Origin: Candidatus Melainabacteria bacterium 17Bon1m
Lineage (GTDB): Bacteria > Cyanobacteriota > Vampirovibrionia > Obscuribacterales > Obscuribacteraceae
Assembly (NCBI GenBank): GCA_032128875.1
Contig: JAVLKG010000009.1
Location: 160,001 to 224,000 of the forward strand
Reading direction: 5' to 3'
DNA: 64,000 nt
The notes below the pieces were generated by a model. The model was not told the DNA's origin, made no database searches, and saw only the letters and a program-made list of their open reading frames with translations. This document shows, one piece after another, positions 50,023 to 59,904 of this stretch. Position numbers and translations under genes: made by a program. Numbering within the stretch: the first letter of the stretch is position 1; every line of letters begins with the position of its first letter.

Positions 50023-51138
50023 ATGAGCCAAACCACCACCGTAAGCGATTGCCTGAATGTCTTCGAATACGAAGCCCGCGCGAAGACCTCGTTGGCTGAG
50101 ATGGCGTATGACTATTATTCGGGCGGTTCTTGGGACGAGGTCACGCTGCGCGAGAACTGCTCCGACTTCTCGAAGCTCTCAATCATGCCGCACATGTTGG
50201 TCGATTTGACCGAACTCGACATGTCGACGGAGCTTTTCGGAAGCAAAATTTCGATGCCGCTTATCATTGCGCCTACGGCTTTTCATCAATTGGCGACAGC
50301 CGATGGCGAGCGAGCAACCGCGCGTGCTGCTCACAGAGCTGAAACAATCATGACTTTGAGTACGCTGGCCAATTGCTCAATTGAAGAAGTGCAAGCTGCT
50401 GCGCCCGGTCCGAAGTGGTTTCAGCTCTACGTCTACAAGGATAGGGAAGTCACCAAGGACCTGGTTCAACGTGCTGAATCTAATGGCTACAAGGCTTTAG
50501 TCTTGACCGTTGATTCGCCTATTCTCGGTCGCCGTGAGAAGGATGTGCGCAATAGGTTTTGTCTACCGAACAATTTTAGATTAGGTCACTTCGACACCGG
50601 ACCATTGGCTAATCTGCCTGACGATGTCGCGGATTCCGGATTGGCGGCGTACATTGGAAGTTTGTATGACACTTCGCTCAGTTGGAAACATGTTGAGTGG
50701 TTGAGCGAAATTACGAAGCTTCCGATTTTGCTCAAGGGAATTCTTCGTGCTGATGATGCTGCACTTGGTGTCAAGAACGGTGCGGCAGGAATAATTGTTT
50801 CGAACCATGGCGGGCGTCAACTTGACTCAGCGCCTTCAACCATCAGTGTTCTTTCTGAAATTGTGGACGCTGTTGAGGACAAGGTTCCGGTGTTGCTTGA
50901 TAGCGGCATTCGTCGTGGAACCGACATATTTAAAGCCATTGGGCTTGGTGCCAAAGCTGTTCTGACAGGGCGGCCTATTCTCTGGGGGCTAGCGACAAAC
51001 GGCGAGCAAGGCGCCTATGAAGTTCTGGAAATGCTGCGTGCCGAATTCCAGCTGACCATGCAGCTTGCGGGCTGTCCAACCTTGAAGCACATCACACCGG
51101 ATATGGTGCGCAGCAAAGAGCCGTTTTGGGTTACATGA
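50023..51138 (+). CDS. FMN-dependent alpha-hydroxy acid oxidase (lactate/glycolate oxidase family)
   Basis: DYYSGG, WFQLY, LTVD, LKG, SNHGGRQ, DSGIRRG, GRP. Confidence 0.95.
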   Translation: MSQTTTVSDCLNVFEYEARAKTSLAEMAYDYYSGGSWDEVTLRENCSDFSKLSIMPHMLVDLTELDMSTELFGSKISMPLIIAPTAFHQLATADGERATARAAHRAETIMTLSTLANCSIEEVQAAAPGPKWFQLYVYKDREVTKDLVQRAESNGYKALVLTVDSPILGRREKDVRNRFCLPNNFRLGHFDTGPLANLPDDVADSGLAAYIGSLYDTSLSWKHVEWLSEITKLPILLKGILRADDAALGVKNGAAGIIVSNHGGRQLDSAPSTISVLSEIVDAVEDKVPVLLDSGIRRGTDIFKAIGLGAKAVLTGRPILWGLATNGEQGAYEVLEMLRAEFQLTMQLAGCPTLKHITPDMVRSKEPFWVT

Positions 51139-51144
51139 GTTAGA

Positions 51145-51170
51145 AGCGTGGGGGCGCATTGCATGCGCCC
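51145..51170 (+). repeat. REP-like palindrome
   Basis: agcGTGGgggcgcattgcatgcgccc. Confidence 0.85.
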
Positions 51171-51243
51171 GAAAATAAATTGCAAGTAGTAGCGAATTGC
51201 ATGCTTCGCATGAATTTAAGGGACGATACGAGGGCAAGGTGAA

Positions 51244-52161
51244 GTGCGAATAGTTTCTTTGATTGCAAGTTCAACAGAGATAGTGCATGCCCTGGGCTTC
51301 GGCGACCAGATGGTAGGGCGTTCACATGAGTGCGATTTCCCAACGCAAGTTAAGGATCTTCCTGTCTGCACCGGACCCAAATTCAAGACGGACGGAACGA
51401 GTTATGAAATTGACCAACGTGTCAAAGAAATTGTGCAAGAGTCATTAAGTGTTTACCGTGTGGATGCTGCGAAACTCGACGAACTCAAGCCAACGCACAT
51501 CATCACACAGGCACAGTGCGAAGTTTGTGCCGTCAGTCTGAAAGATGTGGAAGAAGCAGCATGCCAAATGATTAGCTCAAATCCTCAAATTATTTCTCTT
51601 CAGCCTGATTCGCTCGCCGATATATTTGAAGATGTTCGTCGTATTGCGAAAGGGCTTGGTGTCGTGCCCGTCGGCGAAATGATGGTGGAACAGCTGAAAG
51701 GCAGAATGGATGTCGTTGCGCAGAAAGCTCGTGCGCTGCCAAACAAGCCTCGCGTGGCATTAGTTGAATGGATCGAACCAATGATGGCTGGTGGCAACTG
51801 GATGCCAGAATTGATCGACATGGCTGGTGGCATCAATCTGTTTGGTGAAGCTGGTAAACATTCACCCTGGATGAACTGGGAAGACCTTGTCGCCGCAGAG
51901 CCAGATATCATCATTGTTTCGCCCTGCGGCTTCGATATTGATAGGACAATGCAGGAGATGCATCTGATTTCGGATCGCAAAGAATACGCCGGATTGAAAG
52001 CGGTGAAAAATGGAAGAGTATTTGTCGCAGACGGCAATCAATATTTCAATCGTCCCGGTCCGCGCGTTCTCGAATCACTCGAAATGCTAGCAGAGATGCT
52101 ACATCCGGAAGAATTCAAATTCGCCCACGAAGGCGTAGGTTGGATACGTTATTCGGTATAG
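51244..52161 (+). CDS. BtuF/TroA-like binding-protein-fold protein without signal peptide
   Basis: RIVSL..STEIV, GRSHECDFP, QCEVCAV, PCGF, FNRPGPR. Confidence 0.85.
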   Translation: MRIVSLIASSTEIVHALGFGDQMVGRSHECDFPTQVKDLPVCTGPKFKTDGTSYEIDQRVKEIVQESLSVYRVDAAKLDELKPTHIITQAQCEVCAVSLKDVEEAACQMISSNPQIISLQPDSLADIFEDVRRIAKGLGVVPVGEMMVEQLKGRMDVVAQKARALPNKPRVALVEWIEPMMAGGNWMPELIDMAGGINLFGEAGKHSPWMNWEDLVAAEPDIIIVSPCGFDIDRTMQEMHLISDRKEYAGLKAVKNGRVFVADGNQYFNRPGPRVLESLEMLAEMLHPEEFKFAHEGVGWIRYSV

Positions 52162-52202
52162 ATTCAAACCGGGCGATACATGGCATGGACTTTATAAAAA
52201 CA

Positions 52203-52228
52203 GGGCGCGTGCAACGCGCCCCCACGCT
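52203..52228 (-). repeat. REP-like palindrome
   Basis: Reverse complement of the 42047 unit core (agcgtgggggcgcgttgcacgcgccc). Confidence 0.85.
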
Positions 52229-52237
52229 CCTACGCTT

Positions 52238-52873
52238 TTACTTTTTGCGTTGAGCGAAGCGGGAACAGAGGAGTTTTGCGGTGGGAACGTCGATTGATGG
52301 AAGTTCTGTCACCAGCAATTTTGGAGTGAACTTGCTGATCACCGGCTGCAGTGAGCGAAGTTTTTTAATCGCATCGGGATCAGTCTTCATCAGTTCTTCC
52401 ACGATTTTGTACGCTTCCAAAAAGCGTTCATTCGCAAAGCAGTTGTCCGGGTTGCATTTGTGTTCTGGGAAAAGTTGTGGGCAGAGTTTCGCCCAGCGCA
52501 TCTGAAACCAACATGCAAGCCCCTCTTCAAACATTGATGTCCAGAGTCGAGCAGGTGTCAAAAGGTGCACGCACTCGTGTGCTAACTGCCAGACAATTTT
52601 GCTGTTGTCGTTACGTGCATCATTGGACAAACGAAAAACAATTTTCTGCTCTTCCTCGCGGTACTTCATGATCGGCACATTGGAGCTAAAGTAGATGCCG
52701 TCAAAGCTGTAAGGCGCCGGGTCAACGCGCTTGCCGAAGAGCATTTCTCCGTCTTCCAAAAGCATCTCTATGACTTGCTCTACGTTATTAGGCTCCAGTG
52801 GATTCGCAGATGCAAATCGCGGAATGAAATCTGTTGGTTCGACTTTCGGAATTTCGAAAAGTTGAAGTTGCAT
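52238..52873 (-). CDS. Putative HExxH zinc metalloprotease
   Basis: LAHECVHLL followed by FEEGLA; AGGA RBS upstream of the ATG. Confidence 0.65.
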   Translation of the reverse strand: MQLQLFEIPKVEPTDFIPRFASANPLEPNNVEQVIEMLLEDGEMLFGKRVDPAPYSFDGIYFSSNVPIMKYREEEQKIVFRLSNDARNDNSKIVWQLAHECVHLLTPARLWTSMFEEGLACWFQMRWAKLCPQLFPEHKCNPDNCFANERFLEAYKIVEELMKTDPDAIKKLRSLQPVISKFTPKLLVTELPSIDVPTAKLLCSRFAQRKK

Positions 52874-52931
52874 ATTCGGATTTCCTGAATGTGGGGAGCA
52901 TGCAAGAACACCGGGCGACGCGTGGCAGCGC

Positions 52932-53552
52932 CTACGGTTTTTTAGCTAGTCTGTGCCTCTTCGGGCGTTCTGCTCGAATTGTTTCGGCGACTTTAATGGT
53001 GGTTGTAATTTTCATTGATGTGTCGATGACGTGCGACATACGCGCGTGGCAGACTGCCAAAGCCAGCGCGTCGGATGCATCATCCGGGCGAATAATCTCT
53101 TTCAAATTTAGCAAGCGAGCGACAGCTTGCTGGACGACGGGTTTTTCCGCGCGACCAAAGCCGGCGATTTGCAATTTAACTTGCATAGGGGTGTACTCGT
53201 AGGTTGGCACGTCAAAGTTGGCGCCGACCTCCAAGATGATTCCCCGTGCCTGGGCTACAGGCACGACGGTCTTAGCGTTCTTGAAAAAGAAGATTGCCTC
53301 TACCGACAAAATGTCCGGCTTGAATTGGGTCATAAGTTCCATCAAATCTGCGCGGATCATGCTCAGGCGCTTGCCCGCCGACATACTCGATGGTGTCTGA
53401 ATTGTGCCCGAAGCGATATATTCGAATTGGTCGCGGGGCGTGAATTGGACGACGCCGTAGCCTACTGTGGCGGTTCCTGGGTCAATGCCCAAGATTGTGA
53501 AAGGTCGAATGTCAGAGTCGTTGCCGGAGTAATTTAGAGATTGTTCCGTCAT
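52932..53552 (-). CDS. ruvC: Holliday junction resolvase RuvC
   Basis: ILGIDPG, VEAIFF, QARG, EYTPMQVK, DDASDALALA. Confidence 0.96.
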   Translation of the reverse strand: MTEQSLNYSGNDSDIRPFTILGIDPGTATVGYGVVQFTPRDQFEYIASGTIQTPSSMSAGKRLSMIRADLMELMTQFKPDILSVEAIFFFKNAKTVVPVAQARGIILEVGANFDVPTYEYTPMQVKLQIAGFGRAEKPVVQQAVARLLNLKEIIRPDDASDALALAVCHARMSHVIDTSMKITTTIKVAETIRAERPKRHRLAKKP

Positions 53553-53725
53553 GCTTTCCCCGTCGCTAGATCTGCCGCCGTCGGCAAATTTGCGTCTTTT
53601 CTAGTCCATTAACGTGCTTGCCTATATAAACAAGCTATGCGTCTGGTATATTCAACTCTTCAGTACTGGAGCCAGAATAAAAGCAATAGTAACATTGTCT
53701 CTGTCGAGATGAGAGTGCTAGGTGA

Positions 53726-55393
53726 ATGCGTGGCGAGCGGGAGTCAATTTTGATGCAAAGCGGTCCTCTAATGATGGAGGATACGAGTCTTGCGCCCAGA
53801 CCTGGTGTTCTGGAAGCGAGCGGTTTCGGTGCGAAACTGCCTCTGGCATTCCTGTTTGGCTGCATTCTAGGGCTCTCTAGCGCCGGATTCGACCAATCGT
53901 GGATCGCCTGGATTGGCGTGGTACCACTGCTGGTGATCCTGCGTTGTGTCAATGGCATGAAGGAAGCTGCGTTGGCAGGGCTTGCTTTCGGACTTGGATA
54001 TCACCTGGTTGCGACGAGCTGGTTCCTCGGACTCTTCCCCTTGCGCTGGCTTGGCGTCGAGGACTGGTTGGGCGTGCAACTCAGTGTTCTGGTATGGATT
54101 TTTGAGTCGCTGCACCAAGCGCTGCTGATGGCTGGCTTTTCACTGCTCGTTTTTTGCTTGCCGCTGCGGTCTGGTTTTATCCCGCACTATCAGCGCCCGT
54201 TTGTTCCCTACCTTTGGGGCATTCCGCTCATCTGGATTTACTGCCACTGGGTGGTGGGTACATCGGAGCTTTTCCTTTCGGTGCCTGTCGATCAGCTTGC
54301 GTACTCACAGAGCCAGCACACTGGCTTTATCCAGATTGCACGTATCGGTGGCAGTGCGCTCGTTGATTACATTCTGATTTTGTTCAACGCGGCACTTGCT
54401 GAGCTGATACTGGATTTGGTGCATCTCGGACGACGGCTCGATGGTCGTATCGACAAGTTGCGCCAGCGCGTCGGTCCTCTACTGGACCTTTCGATTGTGT
54501 CTGTGATTTTGGTCGTTTGCAACGTCTGGGGCGGTATGCAAGTGCAGCGTATTGCACAGGAAACACGACCCGAAGTCGCGCTTGCGGAAGACCCTCAGTC
54601 GCAAGCAGTGCCGATTGCTGTGGTGCAAGGCAATATTAGTATTGAAGAAGATCGTTTAAAAACAACATCAGCCAAAGCGATCAGTGATCGCTATGCGGAG
54701 CTGTCCAACAATCTTGGAACCTCCATCGTCGTGTTGCCGGAAGGCGTTGCAAACCCTGTGCAGCTGGCACCCGGCTATCTCGTGAGCCGACTCAAAGAAA
54801 TCAGTCAGCGCGAGAAGAAAGAAATTCTTGTCGGTTCTGTAGAGTCTATAAAGAGCGCTCACGTGAATGCCGCGCGTTTGATTTCACCCGCCAATCCACC
54901 AAACAACCTTTACGTAAAACGGCGTCTGGTGCCCATAGGAGAACTGGCACCATTGAAAGCTATCGAAGACACATTGCCGTCAAACATTGCGAAACGTTTG
55001 CCGTCAGAGCAAATGAGCTTTGTGGTTTCAAAAACAACTGAGCTTCCCCAAAGTCTCTGGGGACCTATGGGTGTTTCGATCTGTTCTGAAATTGTTTATC
55101 CGCGCTTGCTCGCAAGAGAAGTCCGCAAAGGCGCCACGATCTTGCTCAATTTGTCCAACCTTGCCTGGTTCCACAATTCAGCACTTAACAAGCAAGTGCT
55201 GGCTGCCGCAGTTTTTAGGGCTGTTGAAAATGGACGCTATCTGGTCTTGTCCACAAACACCGGAATCTCTGCTGTAATCGACCCCGCGGGCATCGTCACT
55301 GCTGTCTCGTATCCTGGCAAGCGCGGCGTTTTGCTCGGTACTGTACAATTCCTATACAAAAAGACCCCTTTCAGTAAAATGTGGTGGCTATGA
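53726..55393 (+). CDS. lnt: Apolipoprotein N-acyltransferase (start uncertain)
   Basis: TM domain plus nitrilase domain: VQGNI, LPE, KRRLVPIGE, ICSE, RAVENGR, NTGIS. Confidence 0.93.
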   Translation: MRGERESILMQSGPLMMEDTSLAPRPGVLEASGFGAKLPLAFLFGCILGLSSAGFDQSWIAWIGVVPLLVILRCVNGMKEAALAGLAFGLGYHLVATSWFLGLFPLRWLGVEDWLGVQLSVLVWIFESLHQALLMAGFSLLVFCLPLRSGFIPHYQRPFVPYLWGIPLIWIYCHWVVGTSELFLSVPVDQLAYSQSQHTGFIQIARIGGSALVDYILILFNAALAELILDLVHLGRRLDGRIDKLRQRVGPLLDLSIVSVILVVCNVWGGMQVQRIAQETRPEVALAEDPQSQAVPIAVVQGNISIEEDRLKTTSAKAISDRYAELSNNLGTSIVVLPEGVANPVQLAPGYLVSRLKEISQREKKEILVGSVESIKSAHVNAARLISPANPPNNLYVKRRLVPIGELAPLKAIEDTLPSNIAKRLPSEQMSFVVSKTTELPQSLWGPMGVSICSEIVYPRLLAREVRKGATILLNLSNLAWFHNSALNKQVLAAAVFRAVENGRYLVLSTNTGISAVIDPAGIVTAVSYPGKRGVLLGTVQFLYKKTPFSKMWWL

Positions 55394-55896
55394 GCCTGAA
55401 CCAAAATAGAAACAAAAACAGAGAAGCTTTCGCCAGATTGTGCGTGCTCGTCGTGATTGGCGTGGCGGCGTTGTTCTCTCAAGGCGGCGCCGGTGGTGCC
55501 GGAAGAGCAGACGCAAAAATGCCGATGGTGCGCCTCGGCAAAGACAATATTGTAAAAGTGGAAGTGGCAACGACCGAAGCCGAAATACAGCGCGGTCTGA
55601 TGTTCCGCACTTCACTCGCCCAAGACTCGGGCATGATTTTTCTTTTTCGCCCGAATCGCCCAGTGAAGTTTTGGATGTTCAACTGTCTGATTTCATTGGA
55701 CATGCTCTTCGTGAAAGACGGCAAAATCGTCAAAATCTGCGAGAACGTCCCGCCCTGCAAATCAAAAATTCCTGACGAATGCCCGACTTATCCTGATTCG
55801 CCCATCGATGTGACTGAAGTCGTCGAAGTGAGCGCAGGCTACGCAAAAGCGCATGGATTGAAGGAAGGCGATACAGTGTCGTTCGAAATTCCGTAG
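55390..55896 (+). CDS. DUF192-family protein
   Basis: VEVA..E.QRGLMFR, GMIFLF, FWMFN, SLDM; ATGA overlap with the lnt stop. Confidence 0.9.
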   Translation: MSLNQNRNKNREAFARLCVLVVIGVAALFSQGGAGGAGRADAKMPMVRLGKDNIVKVEVATTEAEIQRGLMFRTSLAQDSGMIFLFRPNRPVKFWMFNCLISLDMLFVKDGKIVKICENVPPCKSKIPDECPTYPDSPIDVTEVVEVSAGYAKAHGLKEGDTVSFEIP

Positions 55897-55924
55897 TCGA
55901 CAAACCCAGAGAGACTGCGAACAA

Positions 55925-56698
55925 ATGTCCGAGCAGACACACGTGACACAACACATTCAAACCGAGATGAGCGGCTCAGCTGGTTTTCTCACAATCAACC
56001 GTCCCGAATCGCATAATGCGATGAGCAAAGAAATGTGGGATGGTGTGGTCCCCGCCCTGTACGAATTGCAGAACTGGGGCGCTCATGTTGTTGTGATAAG
56101 GGGCACCGGCAATGCTTTCTGCGCAGGCGCCGACTTGAACGAACTAACTCGAATTGCCGATGAAGAGTCAGCCAATGCGCAATGGTTTTCCATCAAATAC
56201 GCACTCGACGAACTGAAAGCTTTTGCACTACCCACAGTGGCAATGATAAATGGTTCTTGCATGGGCGGCGGTTGCTTACTCGCAATGGCGTGCGATTTGC
56301 GATATGCGGTTAAGACCGCGCGTTTTAGCATTCCAGTTGCAAAACTTGGCATTGTTCTCGATGACGCAAACATTTTGCGCTTGATGTCACTTGTCGGACC
56401 ATCGGTTGCCTCCGAAATGCTCTACACTGGCGTCAGTATTTCCGCTACTGAAGCCGAAATGGTCGGGTTGATAAATCGCGCCCTGGACGCTGAAGATTTG
56501 CCGCTGTACGTCAACGAAATTTGCAATGCGATTTATCAAAACGGTCGCGCCAGTATTTTTGAAACCAAATGTTCAATCGCGCGCATCTTGAGCCATGCAC
56601 ATCCTGAAGGTGCATTGGCATCTTTTGACGATCAACAGCGTGTTGTCGAAAGCTATTTGAGCGCGGACTTCCAAGAACGCATCCGCCGACGTCAATAA
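55925..56698 (+). CDS. Enoyl-CoA hydratase/isomerase (crotonase) family
   Basis: INRP..HNAM, FCAGAD, GGG..LAMACD. Confidence 0.9.
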   Translation: MSEQTHVTQHIQTEMSGSAGFLTINRPESHNAMSKEMWDGVVPALYELQNWGAHVVVIRGTGNAFCAGADLNELTRIADEESANAQWFSIKYALDELKAFALPTVAMINGSCMGGGCLLAMACDLRYAVKTARFSIPVAKLGIVLDDANILRLMSLVGPSVASEMLYTGVSISATEAEMVGLINRALDAEDLPLYVNEICNAIYQNGRASIFETKCSIARILSHAHPEGALASFDDQQRVVESYLSADFQERIRRRQ

Positions 56699-56723
56699 CG
56701 TGGAGCTATCCATTGAGCAAAAT

Positions 56724-56749
56724 GTAGGGGCGATGCACATGCGTCGCCC
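56724..56749 (+). repeat. REP-like palindrome
   Basis: GTAGgggcgatgcacatgcgtcgccc. Confidence 0.8.
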
Positions 56750-56824
56750 GGTTCAAGTTTATTGCCTTGTATAGCATGGCTATGGTTACGGGGAATAAAG
56801 ACATAGTCATTTCCGGTTGCGACT

Positions 56825-58102
56825 ATGTCAGAGCAGAAAAAACACGAGCCAGTTAAAGAGCAACTGCGTTTCAGCGCTGCACCTGATTCTGGTGATCAAC
56901 GCGCCGACCTCGTTGTGGCGCCGCATGAAGACGGTCAGTCGTTTGAAAATCAACTTGCCGTCGATAAGTCGAACGCAATTGAGTTGCAAGATAAGTCGCA
57001 GTCGAGAGAAGCAGAAGTGCAACCAAAGGCCTTGAAGACACTTGTCGGCACAGATTCCGACAGGCTAGCCAAGATAGTTGGCGATCCGCACGCAGCGGAA
57101 AGCCATTGGTATCCAGCCGCTGAAGCTGCTGGCGATAAAGATCTTTCCGGCGCGCCGAGCATGGCGAAGGTCATAATGTTTCGCGCAGCCGCTGTGGTTG
57201 GCGTTGTTTTCTCCTTCTTGAGTATTCTGGCTTGCTACACGAGTTCTATATATCTGAGTGCGCACTTCGGTCAATTCGCTCTGGGACTCAACAACAACCT
57301 TTTCATCAATGACCTTGTTGGGCTCGATTATGTAGGTTTTTTTGTCTCTGGCGCAGCATGTCTGATGTTTTGGTCTTCATTCTTTGGTTTCTACAAAAGG
57401 ACTTTCCGGTATCTGAGCATCGCTTTGTTCATGGGGATAATGCTCCACTCGATCAATTTCCACCTGATGATTGGCCTGCCCGGCTCTGTTGTTTTTGCGC
57501 TCGCTTACCTGCCTGTTCTCTTGTTGGTTCAATGGATTGGAGGCGCCTGTCGCGATGCGCTGCCTATGCATATTGGCAGTAAAAAGCTTGCCAATGCACT
57601 TTTGCCGGCGGTCGCTTTTCCTGCCGTAGCCATGGGTTTGAGCCTGCTCTACATCTTTAGTCCGCTGAACCCTCCGGGAAATTCTCTATACGAAGATGGC
57701 ACCGTAACCTCATTCGGAATCAATGCAGTGCTCGTCATACTCTGCAGTTTTATCCCCGGCTTTGTGCTGGCAAGATCAACAAATTCCAAGTCTCCCGTGG
57801 GGTCAGCAACGCTTGCGACGTTGCTGCAAGCGCCCTTGCTCGTCGGAATGCTTCTGACGATTGGCGCTTGCTTATTCCTGGGCTGGTTTGCTGGCACGAG
57901 TTTTGCAGCGCATCCGTCAATGGCTTTCCTCAACGGGATGGGCAGTGGCAATTGGTCTCAGTTTGGTGGACCAAAAGGGCTTGCCATTTTGGCGGGGGCG
58001 CTTTTCGCTGGTTTGTCCGCGGCGGCTGGCGGGTCTTTAGGCGCGTGGTGCAACACCCATTTCCGAGATAAAACGGACGTAAAGCCCATCGAAATGGGTT
58101 GA
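56825..58102 (+). CDS. Hypothetical multi-pass membrane protein
   Basis: Soluble N-terminus followed by about 8 hydrophobic helices. Confidence 0.75.
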   Translation: MSEQKKHEPVKEQLRFSAAPDSGDQRADLVVAPHEDGQSFENQLAVDKSNAIELQDKSQSREAEVQPKALKTLVGTDSDRLAKIVGDPHAAESHWYPAAEAAGDKDLSGAPSMAKVIMFRAAAVVGVVFSFLSILACYTSSIYLSAHFGQFALGLNNNLFINDLVGLDYVGFFVSGAACLMFWSSFFGFYKRTFRYLSIALFMGIMLHSINFHLMIGLPGSVVFALAYLPVLLLVQWIGGACRDALPMHIGSKKLANALLPAVAFPAVAMGLSLLYIFSPLNPPGNSLYEDGTVTSFGINAVLVILCSFIPGFVLARSTNSKSPVGSATLATLLQAPLLVGMLLTIGACLFLGWFAGTSFAAHPSMAFLNGMGSGNWSQFGGPKGLAILAGALFAGLSAAAGGSLGAWCNTHFRDKTDVKPIEMG

Positions 58103-58114
58103 AACTTTGTAAGA

Positions 58115-58161
58115 GGGACGACGCCATACGTCTCCCGGGCGATGCATGGCATCGCCCCTAC
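58115..58161. repeat. REP-like palindrome pair (one degenerate)
   Basis: gggacgacgccatacgtctccc plus gggcgatgcatggcatcgcccCTAC. Confidence 0.75.
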
Positions 58162-58313
58162 GCCTGTTAAACGTTAAAGCTAAAACCATAGCCAGCGCTT
58201 CGATTGCGGCAGCTATGGTTTCAAAGAGTGCATTGTTGCGCGTTATAAGGCATTTTTTTGGCCAAGAACCGAATACGGTTGATGGCCAATATTGCTCAAT
58301 TAACAGGTCCGAA

Positions 58314-58538
58314 TTAGACCTGAACGACGCGTTTGATGTCAGGCATCTCCTCTTTGATGGCGCGCTCTACGCCCATCTTGAGGGTCATGGTCGAGCTGGG
58401 GCACATGCCGCATGCTCCGACCAGGTGAACAAAGACTTCTCCGTCTTTTACGTCCACCAGTTCAATGTTTCCGCCGTCCATCATCAGCATTGGACGGAGT
58501 TTGTCGAGAATTGCTTCTACTTGATCGCGCATGCTCAA
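58314..58538 (-). CDS. nifU: NifU C-terminal (Nfu) Fe-S cluster scaffold
   Basis: LRP.LMMDGGNIELV, GACGMCPSS.MTLK.GVE. Confidence 0.93.
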   Translation of the reverse strand: MSMRDQVEAILDKLRPMLMMDGGNIELVDVKDGEVFVHLVGACGMCPSSTMTLKMGVERAIKEEMPDIKRVVQV

Positions 58539-58881
58539 ACCTCAGCTCTATCAGTTTTTACACCACTCCGGATCTCTAGCTTATCAAAATGACGTAGCTG
58601 AGGCGGGTAGCCAAGTAAAAGGGTAAGGTCCAAACGGGGAAATATGGCGCTAAATCACCAAAAATAAAGATTTGTCCCGGCAATTGCTTTAAACACCATA
58701 AAACATATGGGGTTTGGAGCTTCTCCGTACTATCCTCTAACCAGCGCACCCGCCGAAAGGCTGGCGAATTGCCGACTCCACGTGACATCCCGCGTGGCAA
58801 GCCGGGAGAAACGTGAATTAGCGCGATACCGCGCAACTTAGCAAACCAACGGTACTGAACGACCATGGAGAAGAGAAACAG

Positions 58882-59904
58882 ATGGTAAGAGTAGCAATTA
58901 ACGGGTTCGGTCGTATCGGCCGCAACGCCCTCCGTGCCTATTTGCACAACGCCGGAAAAGAGTTCGAAATCGTCGCCATCAACGATCCGCTGCAGGATCT
59001 GCCTACCTCGGCACACTTGCTGAAGTATGACTCCATCCTCGGCGAACTGCCTTTCGAAGTTAACCAACTCGAAGACGGTCTCGAAGTAAACGGCAAGAAA
59101 ATCAAGTTCTACAAAGAAAAAGACCCGTCGACCTGCCCGTGGTCTGCTGAAAAAATCGACATCGTGCTCGAGTGCTCCGGTGTTTTCACTAAAGCAGAAA
59201 AGGCAAAAGGTCACATCACCGCCGGCGCCAAGAAGGTTCTTATCTCGGCACCTGCAACCGATGAAGACATCACCGTTGTTCTCGGCGTCAACGACAAAGA
59301 CTACAACCCCGAGAAGCACAACATCATCTCGAACGCCAGCTGCACCACCAACTGCTTGGCTCCAGTAGCGAAGGTTATCGACGAAGCATTCGGCATCGAA
59401 TGCGGTTTGATGACCACCATCCACAGCTACACCCTCGACCAACGCTTGCTCGACACCGGTCACTCCGACCTGCGCCGCGCCCGCGCTGCTGCCGAATCGA
59501 TGATTCCTTCGTCGACCGGCGCTGCCAAAGCAATCGGTCTCGTATTGCCGCACCTCAAGGGCAAACTGAACGGCTTCGCAATGCGCGTGCCGACTCCGAA
59601 CGTATCGGTTGTCGACCTCGTCGCCACCGTCAAGAAAGACACCACCAAAGAAGAGATCAACAAGGTGCTCAAAGAAGCAGCCGGCAAGGGTCTCAAGAAC
59701 ATCATGGGTGTCAGCGATGTTCCGCTCGTATCCATCGATTACAAGGGCAACAAACTGTCCTCAATCGTTGATGCTGACCTCACCATGGTTGCTGAAAAGC
59801 GCATGATCAAAGTCATCGCCTGGTACGACAACGAGTGGGGCTACAGCAACCGCTTGATCGAACTGGCAACAATGGTCGCCAGCAAATTGGCCGTCAAGGT
59901 CTAA
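58882..59904 (+). CDS. gap: Glyceraldehyde-3-phosphate dehydrogenase, type I
   Basis: INGFGRIGR, SNASCTTNCL, WYDNEWGYS. Confidence 0.99.
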   Translation: MVRVAINGFGRIGRNALRAYLHNAGKEFEIVAINDPLQDLPTSAHLLKYDSILGELPFEVNQLEDGLEVNGKKIKFYKEKDPSTCPWSAEKIDIVLECSGVFTKAEKAKGHITAGAKKVLISAPATDEDITVVLGVNDKDYNPEKHNIISNASCTTNCLAPVAKVIDEAFGIECGLMTTIHSYTLDQRLLDTGHSDLRRARAAAESMIPSSTGAAKAIGLVLPHLKGKLNGFAMRVPTPNVSVVDLVATVKKDTTKEEINKVLKEAAGKGLKNIMGVSDVPLVSIDYKGNKLSSIVDADLTMVAEKRMIKVIAWYDNEWGYSNRLIELATMVASKLAVKV

